Assembly (NCBI GenBank): GCA_964036045.1
Contig: OZ038378.1
Coordinates: forward strand, 196,354,001 to 196,418,000
Length of the DNA: 64,000 nt
Direction of reading: 5' to 3'
From: Eutreptiella sp. 'Long Island Sound 2002'
Taxonomy: Eukaryota; Protista; Euglenida
The position numbers and the translations under genes were made by a program. Shown here in pieces: positions 49,102 through 62,700 of this stretch. The stretch's first letter is position 1; each line of letters opens with the position of its first letter. Below the pieces are notes generated by a model. It saw only the letters and a list, made by a program, of their open reading frames with translations. It ran no database searches and had not been told where the DNA came from.

Positions 49102-52100
49102 GGTGAGGCGTGGCTACGCGCCAAGTTTGAAGAGGTTGTGCACCTGCGAGACGCGAAGTGAGTCGGAAGTGGAAGTGCGCGACAGGGGAGCTGTGGAGGG
49201 AGGAATGAAGTTTGGGGATGCGGTGAACGACATTGTGAGGAATTGGGGCAGACATTGTGGCAGACATTGTGGCAGACACAGGCGCCAGCATGAAAGCATC
49301 CAACACGTTTCCAGCACCGAGGGCGTGCCGATTTACAGGTGGTCGGGCTTTGGTGTTTGCGGCCCTTGAGCTTGGCTTTGGAAGTTCGCTTTTCCAACTG
49401 CGCACTGAGAAAACAGTGCCACGGTTCGCGAACTTGCTTGGCAGGCTCTCGAAACTTGGAAAGAAAGTGTTGCGTGCCACCTGATACAGTGGCCATTCCA
49501 CGGGTTTACGTTACCAAATTCACACCATTCGGAACATGTTGTCCCAAGCCGTGTCGATGCCATCCCATAAGGCTATCTTCTGCAATCATCACAGAAGCGC
49601 TTGGTACGACTGTGCGGTATTTGTTGCCTCTTCTTCCTGGCGTGTCTCCCCCGGTCGTGCGTCAGCCTCACACATTCTGAGGCCCCAGCATCCCTACAGC
49701 CCCTCCCCGATTTCCCCGAGTGTTTTATCGAATCATTGTCATTCTCCGGGCTCTCCCTGGTTCTTCTGGCATCTTTGCTATACACCACCAACGAAGTGTA
49801 TCATTTATATTACAGCGTTGTGTATGTTGGCATTACAACGTCAGCCCCAGTTAGACGGCCAAGGAAACATATCACTGACTCTGTTGCACGTGTGGATGCA
49901 AGGTAGATATCCCAGAGCACTGCTGTGATGATGTCCCCAAATCTTACAATTGGACTTTGGCCCCCAGAACACGTTTATATTCAAAGCGTACAACCGTCCC
50001 CACAACGATGGCCTTGCACGACAATCCAAGTGCCCCTCATGGACTTGCGGGGCAAATGTCCATCAACCACTGTCATTGCTGCGCCGCAGCCACGGCCGTG
50101 GCACCATACGGACATGGCCCTCGGGGAGACGCCAGCCAAAACACACCGCTTGAAAGTAGCAGCCACGTGTCCAACCCCCCGCTGACGCGAGTCGCTGGGT
50201 GGGGCTGCGGTGAACTTGCACTGAACTCGTCCCACAGGCAGAAACCAGGGCAGGTGTGTAGGACCCCCTGTCCTACACCACGACAGGTCTCTCTTGAGCG
50301 AACCCGCATGCAATTAACCAGCAACACAACGGTCCAAAAAAGCGGTCAAGCTAAATGGTGATTCCATCGGCGCAAAATTCAATTGAAATTGTCACGATTG
50401 CTCTCGATGTCTCTAGACTCACGTCTTCACACTTGCATCATTTGTTTCAGAAAATTGGTACCCCAGGGCACGTCAAAATATTCTGAAGCGACGTGTTTTA
50501 GAGATCCCGTAAAATCGCACCATTGGCTCCCACTTTGCTCCCCGTCTCCCTCCGAACGAGATATCTCTTAACCCTTTTACGTTGTGCACCGAAAACCAGC
50601 GGCTTATTTTGGCTCTAAGGCGGTATTTAAAAGGAGGGAGAAGCTCGAAGCTCGACGTGCTTGCAGTCACTTGCGTTTGATTTAGTAGTGTTAATTTGCG
50701 AACAGGCTTTTATGGACCGTTGTGAAGACTTGGGCGGCGCAGCTCTGCCTCACCAACGATATTTGGAGCGATGGTGCGCAATCGGGAATACGCTTATTCA
50801 CGTGTCCATTGGCCATTGCATTTGGTTTTCTGGACGGATCTTATGACATTGTTTGCGGTGGTCGGTTGTCCGAATGAGGGTGCAGCTCTCGTTGCCAACC
50901 GCGGGGATGGTTGGAGGTGGATGACATCGGGTCATATTTGGTCAAAGGTCAGGGATTTACATGGGTCAATTGAAGTGTTTGGGCTAGAACGCACCCCATG
51001 GCGCAGGCGTGGGGACGCAAGGGTTAGAAGCGGCCTTTGGTCGCTGGCGCCTCTTCCCACTGCCAGACGGGGCAGCACACACACTTGCACTCATCGTGCA
51101 ACCTTTGTTGTTCCAGAGGAATCTGTACGCTCATATCGCAGCACCCGCTCCAAACGCCCCCGCCCCCCGTGTGACATTCCGTCGGGTTGCGGTTTCGTTA
51201 CGGGGCCCTGGAGTCACGCGTTCTTCCCTTCGCGTGCTGCGTCGGGCCAGTGCGTTCTGACGGCCGCTGCGGCCGGTATCCCCGCCCCCCCCCCCTCCTA
51301 CAAGCCCCACTCTACCAAACCCCCATACGCCTTCCATTCTGCCCCGATATCCCCCATACACCCCCGCATACCTCCTCGCGCCCCCTATGTTGTGGGTCGG
51401 CTCTCTGACCCACGCACACACCCACCGACGGGCCCTGAACTTACCCATCCCCCACCATCTCCACCTCCACTACAACGCGGTTGCCTGCTGCCGCACGATG
51501 CACCCACTACACAAGCAGAGCTCCAGACAGCGCGTCCTCCTTCCCAGGTCCGTGCGGCGAGGTGCCCGTCCCGAAATACCCAGGACTGCAGCGCACCACT
51601 GAGGGTACGTTCCCCCGGCGCGCCAACGTTCCCTCACTGAAGGGCAACACCAATTGATCCGGAACCCCCCTTAGCCCTGCATCGCAATGGCCCCCGACGA
51701 TCCCTCCGAACCAGACTTGACACTAGCGTCTGCCAGCTCAGACATGATCGGATGGGGCAGGGTCCTACTGAGCCACACGCTGGACGCAGCACGTTCCTAC
51801 TGAGTTCTGGTGGTGCGGGGGGCGGGTATTACCGAGTGGCCGTTGGTACGGGGCCAATTCCTACTGAGAGCCAGTTCCCGCGCCAGACGCTAGCGGCATG
51901 TCTGCTCCGAACTTCACGGTCTGGGAGGGAATGAATGTGAAGCCTGTCAGCTCCGGCAGGGGAGTGGACGCAACGGGGGAAGTGGGGCTGCAATTGTGAG
52001 CAGCAGGACCGGCACTGCAGCCTCACCGACAAACCCAACCCCTACCCTCCCCGTCTCCACGTACACACTCCCCCACAGCCACACACAGCCCGCAGGCACG

Positions 52101-52871
52101 CCTCCCCAAAACACAGCCAAGCCCGGAAAACCGGAAGCACCAGCCGGCAAGCCCACCCCAACTTCATGGCTCACCCCACCACCACCACCACCGCCGCCGC
52201 CGCCGCCTTAGCCGTGGTTTGCGGCTCTTGAAGTGGCAATGCAAAGCACAGCCTGGCTTCTGAGGTGCATTCCGAACAAGCGCTTGGGCTGCACTCCAAA
52301 GGGGTACAGATTCCAACCCTGAGTTCGCGTCGGACATGCCGCCCGTCCCCTGGTCCGTCACAAAATAGCAGAGGTGCACATCCTTCTTCTTCATCCCACA
52401 CCCTCCCCGATCTTAAAACTTGGAAGGAAATCTAGAAGCTGACAGATAGAGAGCCCGGTGAACGAATGTTCGCCAAGTAAGCGAAAAGGATATGACGGAG
52501 GATCTGCAGATTCAGCCCGCCCTTGAAAGTGGCTGCGGGTTGGAGCGAAACCCTTCCAGCCTTGCCTTCAACTGCCCGCCATTATCCTTCGCGGCCGCAG
52601 GCTCCACGCACCCAAGGCCCAAAGGGATCCGCGGTCGTGAAACATGCGCCCAGAACGCGTTTGAGGGGCGAGTGGCACCCCCGCGTGTTCTGAAGACGCC
52701 TGAGCGACACCAAGCTGGTAACAAGCTGGTGTGGTGCAGTGCTGGAGTTGATGGTGCGTTGAGCTTGTGACGTAGAGGAGCAACACCGCAACCGACAAAA
52801 TGAGTCACAGCAGGATCCCACCCTGCGTACACACGTGGCCACTCGAGGCAACGGCAACGTGGAGCCGGTGG

Positions 52872-55800
52872 TCACATGTCCTTCATCTTACGCCAAAATT
52901 TTGCAAGTTTTCCGTCTTTGGGGACGACGTGGAAGGTCAACGTGAATGAAGGTACCTGAAATCAGAGCCACGACCACAGTGGCACACAGCCACAACTTAC
53001 ACAGAGATACGAGCCTCGACAATGTGCTCGAAACGCATCAGTCATAAGATGCAGAATGCGGTCAAACTGCACAGGGCACAGATGGAGTGTGCAGACTGTG
53101 CGCCCCGTGTGCCGTGTGCAGTGTGCCGAGCACGCAGGGTTCAACGTGCAGAGTGCCCCACGCAATGTGCACGGTTCAGGGCGCGCAGTGTGCTGCATGT
53201 GCAGTGGGAAGGGTGCCAAATGCCCAGCTTGCACGGCGTGGAGTGCACAGGCGACGTGCACAGTCCAGTGTGCAGAGTGCCTGAGGCGCAGAGCGCTGTG
53301 CAGAGTGCGCGGAGCAGAGTGTAGTTTGCAGAGCACCCAGGGTGCGTGGTTTGCGTTTGCATTGGTACGTGCAAAACACGGCCACGAGCGCATGCCCCTA
53401 TTGGTTGGTGCAGATGTGCTGTCCTGGGTCCCGGACTAGCGCCAAAGAGGACGCACGCGCACACCGAGATGTAGAAATGCTTCTGCTTGAAGACCTCACT
53501 CAGCGGCATGTTCAAGTCAATCTCGATGAATCTGCCAACGCCAAGAAGAAGAAGAAGAGAGGCAGAACAGAGGAACACAACAAGAAAGAAAACAACGAAA
53601 GCGCAGGAGAAGGGCCGACAGTTGGGCATGCGCCGAGTGCAAACATCAGCATTGCAAAACCGTGCCCCAAGGCGTGGGGCGCATGGCTCCTTCGTAGTAC
53701 CACTGTTCAGTTTATCTCCCTCGAAAGCCACTCACACAATACGTTTTGCCAGCCGAGCAGACGCGGTGAGGGGGTGGGTAAAAATGTCCAACACAACTCT
53801 AAAGGGCTTGGCGCAGCAACGGCACAGTCCGCGATGCTCCCTTTGGGGAGGGGGCCCGCTCCCACCGCAGCCGCCCTTGACATCCGAAACGGGGGTTGTC
53901 AACCTCAACCGCATTTGTGACCGCCAATACCAGGCCTCACCGCTCTACTCCTCAGCAGCTCGGCGGCAATGGTACAAGCTTTGAGGCTGTCTCGGGATAG
54001 CAGGTCGAGGGTGATGGCAGCTGCCGGGATACTGGTGGCCGCGCTGGCAATGGACCACGCCAGTGTAGAATTGCGCGTTGGCAACAGCCCCGTTTGATTC
54101 CTCCTTTTCATTGGGGGGGGGTTATGGGGCATTACGGCAGGGGGCCATACAGCCATTGTCAGCCTCTCCTCCCTACATCGCCATTGCCTGTACCTCCGTA
54201 TCACGGGATGGCGGGCTCCGGGACAGTGTTGGGTCTTGTCAGGGTCGGTGGTGTCGGTGGTGTCGGACCACCACGTTGTTGGCCGTTTTTCGATCGTGAC
54301 CGCGCTTTGGGCCGCAGTCGCACCGAGCCTACATGGACCCAGCACCTGTCACTTGGCATCGGGACTCACAACAATCGCGTGCCCAGGACACGCCTGGAGC
54401 GGAGTCAAGTTGGGCGGTGGGGCCCATTGATGCGCGACCGTCAAAAGGGAGGCTCCGGATTTTCAGGCGAAAACGGCCGTGGGGCTTGAGGTAATCCCGT
54501 CGGCCCGAACGCGAAGCCGCAGCGGAAGGGTCGGGGTCGGGGTGCAAATGCACTGCAGACCTCCGTGGCACGCAGCGCGGCCCAGGCCTCTTGATGTGCC
54601 CAGACTGAACACAGGGTCGGCAGAAGGTGCACAGGATACCCGTCGTTGCCGCCTTGGCGCTGTTCGATCCAATGGAAGAAACACGCGAGATTGGGAATGT
54701 GGTACTGATTGTCCGTATCCCACGCCGCACGTTCCCCGGTCGGGGGGAACATCTGTTGCAATTGGTCCAGTAAGCAGCACGACTGAGAAGACAAGAATAA
54801 TCGCAGCTCCCTCGCTCGCTCACGCCTGCCTCAGGTTTCGCTACCGGCCAGGGCGGAGGTTCAGCAGGACCGGAATCGAAATTGGTTCCTTATGGGCATC
54901 GGTGCCCCACCGCTGAGCTACCCAGTCCCGTTTTCTTGTGATTGGCATACGGCACCCAGTGTTCCCGATTGCTCAGTACTGCTGCACCGCACGGAGACAA
55001 ACTCCACGCAGACGGTGGACTGATGTGTACAGCCCCGTCCCTGACCACCACCTGAAGAAGCGGTCCCTTGCAGAGCAGTCATTGATTTTCCCCGGAGCAG
55101 CGTCGGCACGGTCTGCGAGCACAAATATGTCATGCACCTCCGGCAAATCCTGAATGAAATCCGACTGCTCGTATTCATCGTACAAAAATATGACCGGGAA
55201 GTGAAGCTCGTCGTCATCGTCACAGTACGCCAACTGCTTGTCGCCGGTGTAAAACGCCATCTGCTCACTCTTCACCTGCAGCAAGAAGAGGCAGGGGCCG
55301 GGCACACCAAAGACACCGCAGAGGCAAAGAACACAGGAAACGTCCGGTACCGGTACATTGTGTAGGGGCAATTCACCACTTTGTTGATCTATCACCCTCG
55401 GGGGGTCCACAAAGGGCTCTTTCTGCGGGAGAAATTCCGTATTTTTAATTGTTCCGGAATGTCCATCAACGCTATTGCCCATTATTCAATCCTTTTAGGG
55501 TTGGAATGTTGCATGTAGAAAGGCTGTCTGATAGAACGTGGCTGTCTTCTTTGTGTTCTTACAGAGGGGCGGGGGGTTGGTTCGGGAAAATTTCGGGACC
55601 CCACAGAATATGGACAATCAGTTGCGGGGCGGCAAAAATTCAATCCGAAGGTCCCTCCCCCATGCAGGCGCCCATCTGCGGGCGTTCAATCGTTGGACAT
55701 CCCATTTCATAGATGATGCATACATGATGATAGTGTGACTGGACCATTTGTCTTCTGGGGATCGCAATCCCATGACCCTGTCAACCCTGTCGGTGTACCA

Positions 55801-57358
55801 TTGCACCGGAGATTCGGAGGTGAGGAATTTCTACCCTGAATTCTTGGATATGTGTCGAAAATGCGCACTTGGAGGATTCATGCAGAGAGGCCGGACGAGA
55901 GGCCTGGCCTACAGAAATACAAAAGAGGGTCAAAGGCTGGATAGACAGAGAGACAGAGAGATACAGACCAAGAAACAGAGAGGCTCAACGATAGACAGAC
56001 ACAGAGACAGAGAGACACGGACACACACACATACAGAGAGGCTGGAGGATAGGCAGACGCACGGACAGCGACACAAAGGCACAGAGAGGTGGCCACAGGG
56101 GCTTACCTCCACAGGTCCCGTCGGCAAGCCGCGTCGCTTCACATTAAACTGCATCTTGTTGAATGGCAAGTCCTTCATCTGCTTCTCTCGTTTGCGCTCG
56201 GCTTCCTGCGGATGCAGAAGGTTGCATGGGTGGCCCCATCAACCCCCCCTGGGTCTCATCCCATTCTGTTGACTCCAGGAATGCCTCGCACGCTGCATCT
56301 GTGATTGTGGTGGCTGTGGCGGAGTTGTTTTCATCAACACTAACCAGCAACCCCATTGTGGCGGCATCTGCTGCGTGAACAGCACTGACAAACTTCTGGT
56401 GTGCATCGTGTGGCATAACCTTTTGCGCGGGCAGCAGTCTCAGTGGGGAGCTGAAAAATGCAATCAACGGGGGCTGGGACATCATATCAGCACTTGAAAT
56501 AGCATGACCAGACAGGGCGGACCATCCTCAATGGGATGTTTTGTTCTCCTCCGAAGCAAAAGGAAATCACAAAAGTGTCAATGTACTGCAGATCGGGGCT
56601 TGCCCTGAGGCAGGTAGCCTGTGCCTGAAGGCCAGTGTGCAGGGCAACCCAACAGACCCAAGATCTAAGTGCCTGTGGCTGGGATGTGACATCATAGTTC
56701 AGGCGCATTGCTTTCTCTTTCCTGACCTTCAAGTAGGCACCAGGCCTTGACCAAGCCGCAGTACCTTGGGCCCCAAGGGCCGGAGGAAGGGGGCACGGGC
56801 AGGGCTCCTTTAAAAGGGGGGGTGTCCAGGGGCGGGGGGGTGGTGTGGGACCCCCTACACCCCAGTGGTGCCGAGGAGCCCTGGGCACGGGGTAGGTGGG
56901 TCGTAATTGAGTTGGCCTCGGCCGAAATCCAACGGTTGCAGCCCCCTCACTGCGTCACAGCCGGCTCACTACTGTGTCATCGTCCCCCCTGCGTCACAGC
57001 CGGCTCACTACTGTGTCATTGTCCCCTCCCTGTGTCACAGCCGCTTAGTCCGCAACACGTCGTCTGAAGGAACTGTGCAGAATGACAACGGGGTCGGCAA
57101 CAAAAGACGGCCTTTCGTGGCGGTCCCTTACAACACCCCTGCCAGGACGTAGTGCAGAAACTCGGCGTCACGATACCTCTTGTCTGTCCTTCTGTAAACC
57201 CTGCCGTGCGACCTCCTTCTGCTTCTGTATCACTAACTCCTCCTTGGCTGTGATATCTGGGACCTGCATGCCGAAAGAAAGCAGGGCGCTGGAGGCTTGG
57301 ACTGCGTCGGCCTGTGGAATTCACCCCAACACCCGCTCCTCGAAAAGGGGGGGGGGGT

Positions 57359-57418
<60 letters not shown>

Positions 57419-60400
57419 CCCGCCCCCGCCCCCCCCAGTCTAACGGAACAATCCTCAAGCGAAACATCAAATTTTATGCGGGAAATTTTTGTGGGCCATT
57501 TTTGGTACACAAACCCTTGGGCCTCAGATCCCCCCCCTCCGCCCCCCCCCCCAAAATCCTGTCCGCGGGGGGATTCCACTGTGACCAACGGCTTGAACCA
57601 GAAGGTTCGTGCGTTGTATACATCAAGCGATCTGTCTGGCAAACTGCTCATTGAAAGGCGGCATCAGACACAAGAACATCGAGGCAAGCCCGAGGGGCCT
57701 GTGCTTGAACGCTGACGGAACCCCCCTCCTTCGGGAGTGGTCGTCCGCCCCGCCGCAATCGCTGGCCGTTTGGAACGAACTGCTGCTCGAGTCGAATGAA
57801 TACATTTTGCCGCCGTCCTCAAAAAGCAAGATATGTGCCTTTTTGAAGAGACTCTGAGGCACAAGAACCTCCACCATCCCACTCGTATCAAACCGCTCTT
57901 CACTCGTTTGGCAACCGCATGGCGGTTTGTCCCCACCGCTATTCCAGTCGCCAGTCATCGATGTTGCCGCCAGTCACAAGAACGCCACTTCACCCTTGAG
58001 GGGCCAAATGATATCGCCCCTGGCAACGCTGCGTGTGCCGGTGCAGCGGGGTCCTTTTGTGACGCGCCAGCCCTGCTGTGGCAGCGCCCGACGACCCATC
58101 GCGGCGAGAGCGCGACTGCGCCCTAGCACCGTGTCCCCAGACCTGCAATGCGTCTGATGCCTCATCTTCTGAGGACCAAGCGTATGACCGACAGTCGGTG
58201 CCCCGGGCCTCTGCTTGCAGAAGAGGGGGGTTGTGGCAACCTCGGTCAAGCGGTTGGGGACGAAAAGCGGGCGGTTCCAGAACGATTGGAGAGCGGTTGG
58301 GACGAAAGACAGCGGTTGCGGCGGGGCGGACCGTGACGCCCGAAAGATGGGTACCGGCCCGGTCAGCGCTCAAAAACAAATGAACACATTCGGGCACTGA
58401 TAGCGAGCGATGTCCCTCTTGATGCAGCAAGCGGTGCACCGTGCTTCCGAGTGTGACCTGCATGGCCTTTTCGCACATTTCCAGCGTCATCTCCCACTTT
58501 CTCAGCGCATTGCTCGCTTTGATGCCTCTGAAATAGGCCTTCACCGTTGGCTTGATCTTGACGGACTGCACGCAGTCTTTAATGCAGTTGCCGTAATTCT
58601 CTGCACAACGGGTGGCACAGGGACAAGCGCGGAGGGCTTTACGGCGCATGGACTCATCATCATCCAGCGCCACGATCTGGGAGCTAGCACGATCCAGCCG
58701 GATGTTTGCGTGGTTCAGAAGGTGCAAAGACCGCTGTTGCCTCTTACCATCCGGCCTCGGATCAACACTCGAGGCCGATCCGACGTGCATCCCCGACACC
58801 GACATCAACACCAACCCCAAAGCCCACCGTCCACTCGTGCGCCAATCCTCACAATGACCGCGACTACTCTCCGTCTATCTCATTAGACGAAGTTCGATAC
58901 CAACTTTGTGATATCTGGTGGTCACTAGCCGATGCTTGATCAACTTGAGCAGCTTATCGTCTACCTCGCATACTTCTCCAATGCGACCGATATGGATGAT
59001 CTGGCATCATGCAAACCTAGGCACAGAGCGATACCCCACCAAACCCCTGATCCCCGAACCCCTGCCCACGGGCGGGTGGGCACACACCTAAATTCAGCTC
59101 CACTTGAGCACGGTTAGCAAACAGGATGCAACGTAAACCAGAATCGACCCCCTCTTGGCGTAGCCCGTCAGTATACAAGCCCCTGCGCATCGCAGAGTAC
59201 ACCCAATACCCTCTAAAGCACATGGTGGTTGTGTGTGGCTCCAAGTGATGCTCCACCCGTGTGGCAAGGTCAATCACTAAAAGGCATGGTGCCTGCAGCC
59301 ATTGTTCCTTGGGGCTCGGTGAGGGGGGAGGGCGGAATCAAGGCGCATTATAACGCAACAAAACGAATACTCATCACTTTGTCATGAAATTGGTAAGGCC
59401 TCGTAAACCCCCCCCCCCGTTTAATATTCACGTGTGAATATTAAACTGCCGTGAATATTAAATGGGGGTGTGAACATTAAATGGGGGTTGGTTTAATATT
59501 CACAAGTTGGGCAGTTCTCAGGGCATACCGACACTGTTACACTATTTTGCATGCAGTTTTTGCACACAGCATGGATGATGATGGGTGGTCTATCAGCACA
59601 GCAGAGTCAGAAGTGGAGCTTCTATCTGATTTCCAAAAATCAGATAGTGATATTGATGCTTGTGATGACTCTGATGGGGAGGATGAAGACTGTCCCGAGG
59701 ATGAAGGTGTTGCGGCTGCAGATGCTTCTCAGAAAAGATTGTGGGTGAACGCCTCTTTTGCTGCCTGCAAGGTATTTCAGATCCCGCCGTACATCCTTTT
59801 CAAAGGTGAACCAAAAAGTGCTGCCATATTAGGGGAGCACGCTTCGAAATGAAAAGGGGGTCTATCCCGCCGCTCAGTGTTGTGCACGTGCTTTGTGTCT
59901 TTGGCCGGTGTTCTCTGCCCATGTGAATAGTAATACTGCCGTGAATATTAAATGGGGGTGTGAATATTAAATGGGGGTTGAATATTAAACCGATGTGAAT
60001 ATTAAAAGCGGGGGGGGTTTACGCAAAAACTTGGCTGCTAGGCATCGGGGGTATTCCTCGCCACGGCTAGCCGTAGTGGCACGTGCGCATGGGAGGCAGC
60101 AACAATAAAGGGGATGGCTTGGCCAGCCAGCCCCGTCGCTACCGGGTGCCAGGGCAAACCCTGCTCAACCGGCATCAGGTGGGGGATGTCTCCCGCAGCC
60201 CAGATGGGCTGTTTGCGCAACAGGAGCGGGAGCCCATCAGGGGCAGACCAGCTGTGAGGGGGAAAAGGACATATGGTGGATGGCCGGGACAGCGCATGGA
60301 GGAACAGGGCACCTGCGCCTCACGCACACAGAAACACAGCGAGGCAGGCTATGGACGGCCTGTGGACAGAGGCGCATGGACAGCAAAAACAGTAAAAAGA

Positions 60401-62700
60401 TCCCAGCAACAACCAGCACATCCTCAATACGCCAATTATCGGGCGCCGCTGACGCGCAAACGGCACACCATGCCACATTCAGCACAGCCCCAACACACCA
60501 ACTACTGGGCTCCGCGAACGCGGAAACGACACCAGCAAGAGCACCGGCCGCAGCGGCCGACAGAAAGCAGCAACCCGACGCAACATGCGAGGGGAAGAAC
60601 AGGTGACTGTCCAAGGCCCCGTAAAGGAGCAACAACTAGACGGAATGTCACACAGGGGGGTGGGGGGGCATGGTTGCCTCTCCTGCCTTGCTGTACCCCT
60701 CCTCCTTGTTTGCTGTGCTCGCCCTTGTCCCTCCTGGTGTGGCTCCCGCGTTCTGTTTGTCTGTGTTGCTCCTCCCCCTGTCTGTTGGCGCTCCTGGGTG
60801 CCCCTGTCGCGCACCCCCTCCTGTCCCACCCGCCTGCCCCCCCCGGTACGAGGGTTTCACATCTCCGTACGACGTGGACTGTCCCGTGCGCGGTTGGCTG
60901 GTCAAGGCCCTGTTGCCACCCCCGTGGTGGGCATCTCCCGGCGCGCAGGGCGCAGTTCCTGCCCTTGTGGAGTACGTGGGCACCTTGTAGAGGGAGAGGG
61001 GGGGGGTGTTTGCTGATGGCTCGCTCGGCCTGCGCCGCATTTGGTGGTTGCGGCAGTGCTCGCACCTCATGGTTCCCTTGTGTATTGTTGTGTGTCCTAT
61101 AGGGGCTCGTCTCACTGCCGTGTGTGGGGCGGCCCTGTGCCCAGTTGCTTTGCTGCTTGCGTTCCTCCCAATTTCGGGCTCTTTCATTTTCTGCTGGCAC
61201 GCTCATTGCTGCTAGTGTGCGGCGCCGGGGGGGGGGGGGCAGCATGTCGCTCCCTGCATGCCCCCCCACCCCCCCCTCCCCGGCAACAACCACCCCCCCC
61301 CCATGGCTCGCCGCGGTGGCTAGCCTAGTTAGCAACCTCCGGAAACCGCTACCCGGATCGCCAGACTGGGCCAAACCTAGCCACGGCTAGTCGGCCCCGT
61401 GGTTGGCTTGGCAGTTTGCTGGGTGGCTCACCCGGCTGCAGCCACCGCCCCTGGGGTAACCCCCACAGAAATGACTTTTCAAAGAAAATACTTTTGCGTC
61501 ATCACTAGGGGCTCATCGTGCAACTAGCCTAGCCACTAGCAACTAGCACACTGCGTGCCGTGTGGCACAGTGAAAATTGGCCTGTTGGCTGTGTTTCTGA
61601 TAGCCTTGACCAAGGATGGGGGCAAAGGTTCGCCAGAACAACACCACGTGCACAGGAAGTGGCTCAGGTGCAGGCGGTTTCACTTTGCAATTCAATAGGG
61701 CAGCAATGGCCGCAACCACGGCACACACAACGCCCTCGGTTCCAACACATCCCTGGCATACCTGTCAAAGGTATACCTCATACCGAAGGGAGATGACCCT
61801 CGATGGTGTGGTTAGCGCAACCTAACACATGTGTTTGCCATGATGATTCAAGGGTGACAAGGGAAACAAGGGCATACTTGGCAACCCTCCAACCCACGAA
61901 GCCGGTGGCGGTTTTTAGAGCTTCGTTGCCCTACGAAAAGGAACCGTCGAAAAAGCGACGCCGTACTTCCTTGCCCGTGTTGCTTGGTGGCCAACGTTCT
62001 CTTCTTCACTCGATCGATGGACCCGTTGATTTACATCGCCATTGCGATAGAGGCGCGTGGCGGGGTATGGGCACATACTCGATCCCGGAATTGCTCGGCA
62101 ATCTCTTGAGGGGTTTGATCCACGTGGACAAGATGTTGCATGGCTGCCAACGCTAAACAGTGACATCCAAGAACAATGATGTGACATGCAAGCACGCCTT
62201 TGCACGAAAAGGCCAACGACAATGGGCACAATGTTCTTCCAAGGGGCCAACAACGATAGGCACAATGTTCTTCCAAAACAAAGACTTCAACGCACTGCAA
62301 AAATGCAAGAACTTCAACAAGTTGATTGACTTGACATGAAGAGAAGTACACAACAACTTGCCTCGATCGTGCATGCGCCTCGTTCATCAACAACCCCAAT
62401 AGCACCGGTGAATCGGGCACAGGCGGGGGGGGGGGGGATCGCGAGATCCAATCCAATCTGCGTCCAGACTCATCAAGGTGGGGATAGATCGGGGTTGTTG
62501 GGAAGGCCCTATCCACGATCCGCGAATCAACTGCCGACACCTGGGTTTTTATCAATATTAGCCGGATGATCAGGCATGTCTGTCATAAATAGCGGACACT
62601 CTCGCTCCGGATCATCAATCGTCAAGTCGGGGTGGGCCCGGGCTTGTTCCATCCATTTATCGAAGACGTAGTCCTCGTCTTCATCCTCCCCCGGTTGCAT
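52872..62700 (-). CDS. TTC4: TTC4/Cns1-like TPR Hsp70/Hsp90 co-chaperone, 11 exons, about 380 aa
   Basis: Manually spliced exons (minus): 62700-62541, 62152-62079, 61930-61878, 59182-59088, 58600-58458, 57263-57177, 56205-56107, 55275-55138, 54782-54640, 53531-53465, 52955-52872. All introns are GT-AG, phases are consistent, total 1143 nt. The protein has Cns1/TTC4 hallmarks: N-terminal CPLFMTDMP, TPQEIAEQFRDRGNEALK, TPR segment LYTDGL...ILFANRAQVELNLENYGNCIKDC...KAYFRG, and C-terminal wheel-domain motifs LHFPVIFLYDEYEQSDFIQD and LLDQLQQMFPP...AAWD. The donor at 58457 (GTCACA) is the weakest junction. Confidence 0.9.
59402..60023 (+). mobile_element. Non-autonomous pogo-like TIR element in a TTC4 intron
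   Basis: Ends CGTAAACCCCCCCCCCCGTTTAATATTCAC and GTGAATATTAAAAGCGGGGGGGGTTTACG, with multiple subterminal GTGAATATTAAA repeats. Internal acidic ORF ending ...QIPPYILFKGEPK resembles a DDE_1 transposase motif. Confidence 0.7.
60083..60815. repeat. Same repeat family, internally rearranged copy in a TTC4 intron
   Basis: 60083-60660 is the reverse complement of the 19393-19910 part, while 60674-60815 matches 19960-20105 directly. Confidence 0.75.

Noticed and set aside
56650-56750. Possible TTC4 exon (VRKEKAMRLNYDVTSQPQ)
   Set aside because: Exons 57263-57177 and 56205-56107 join in frame without it, and it lacks a good donor.
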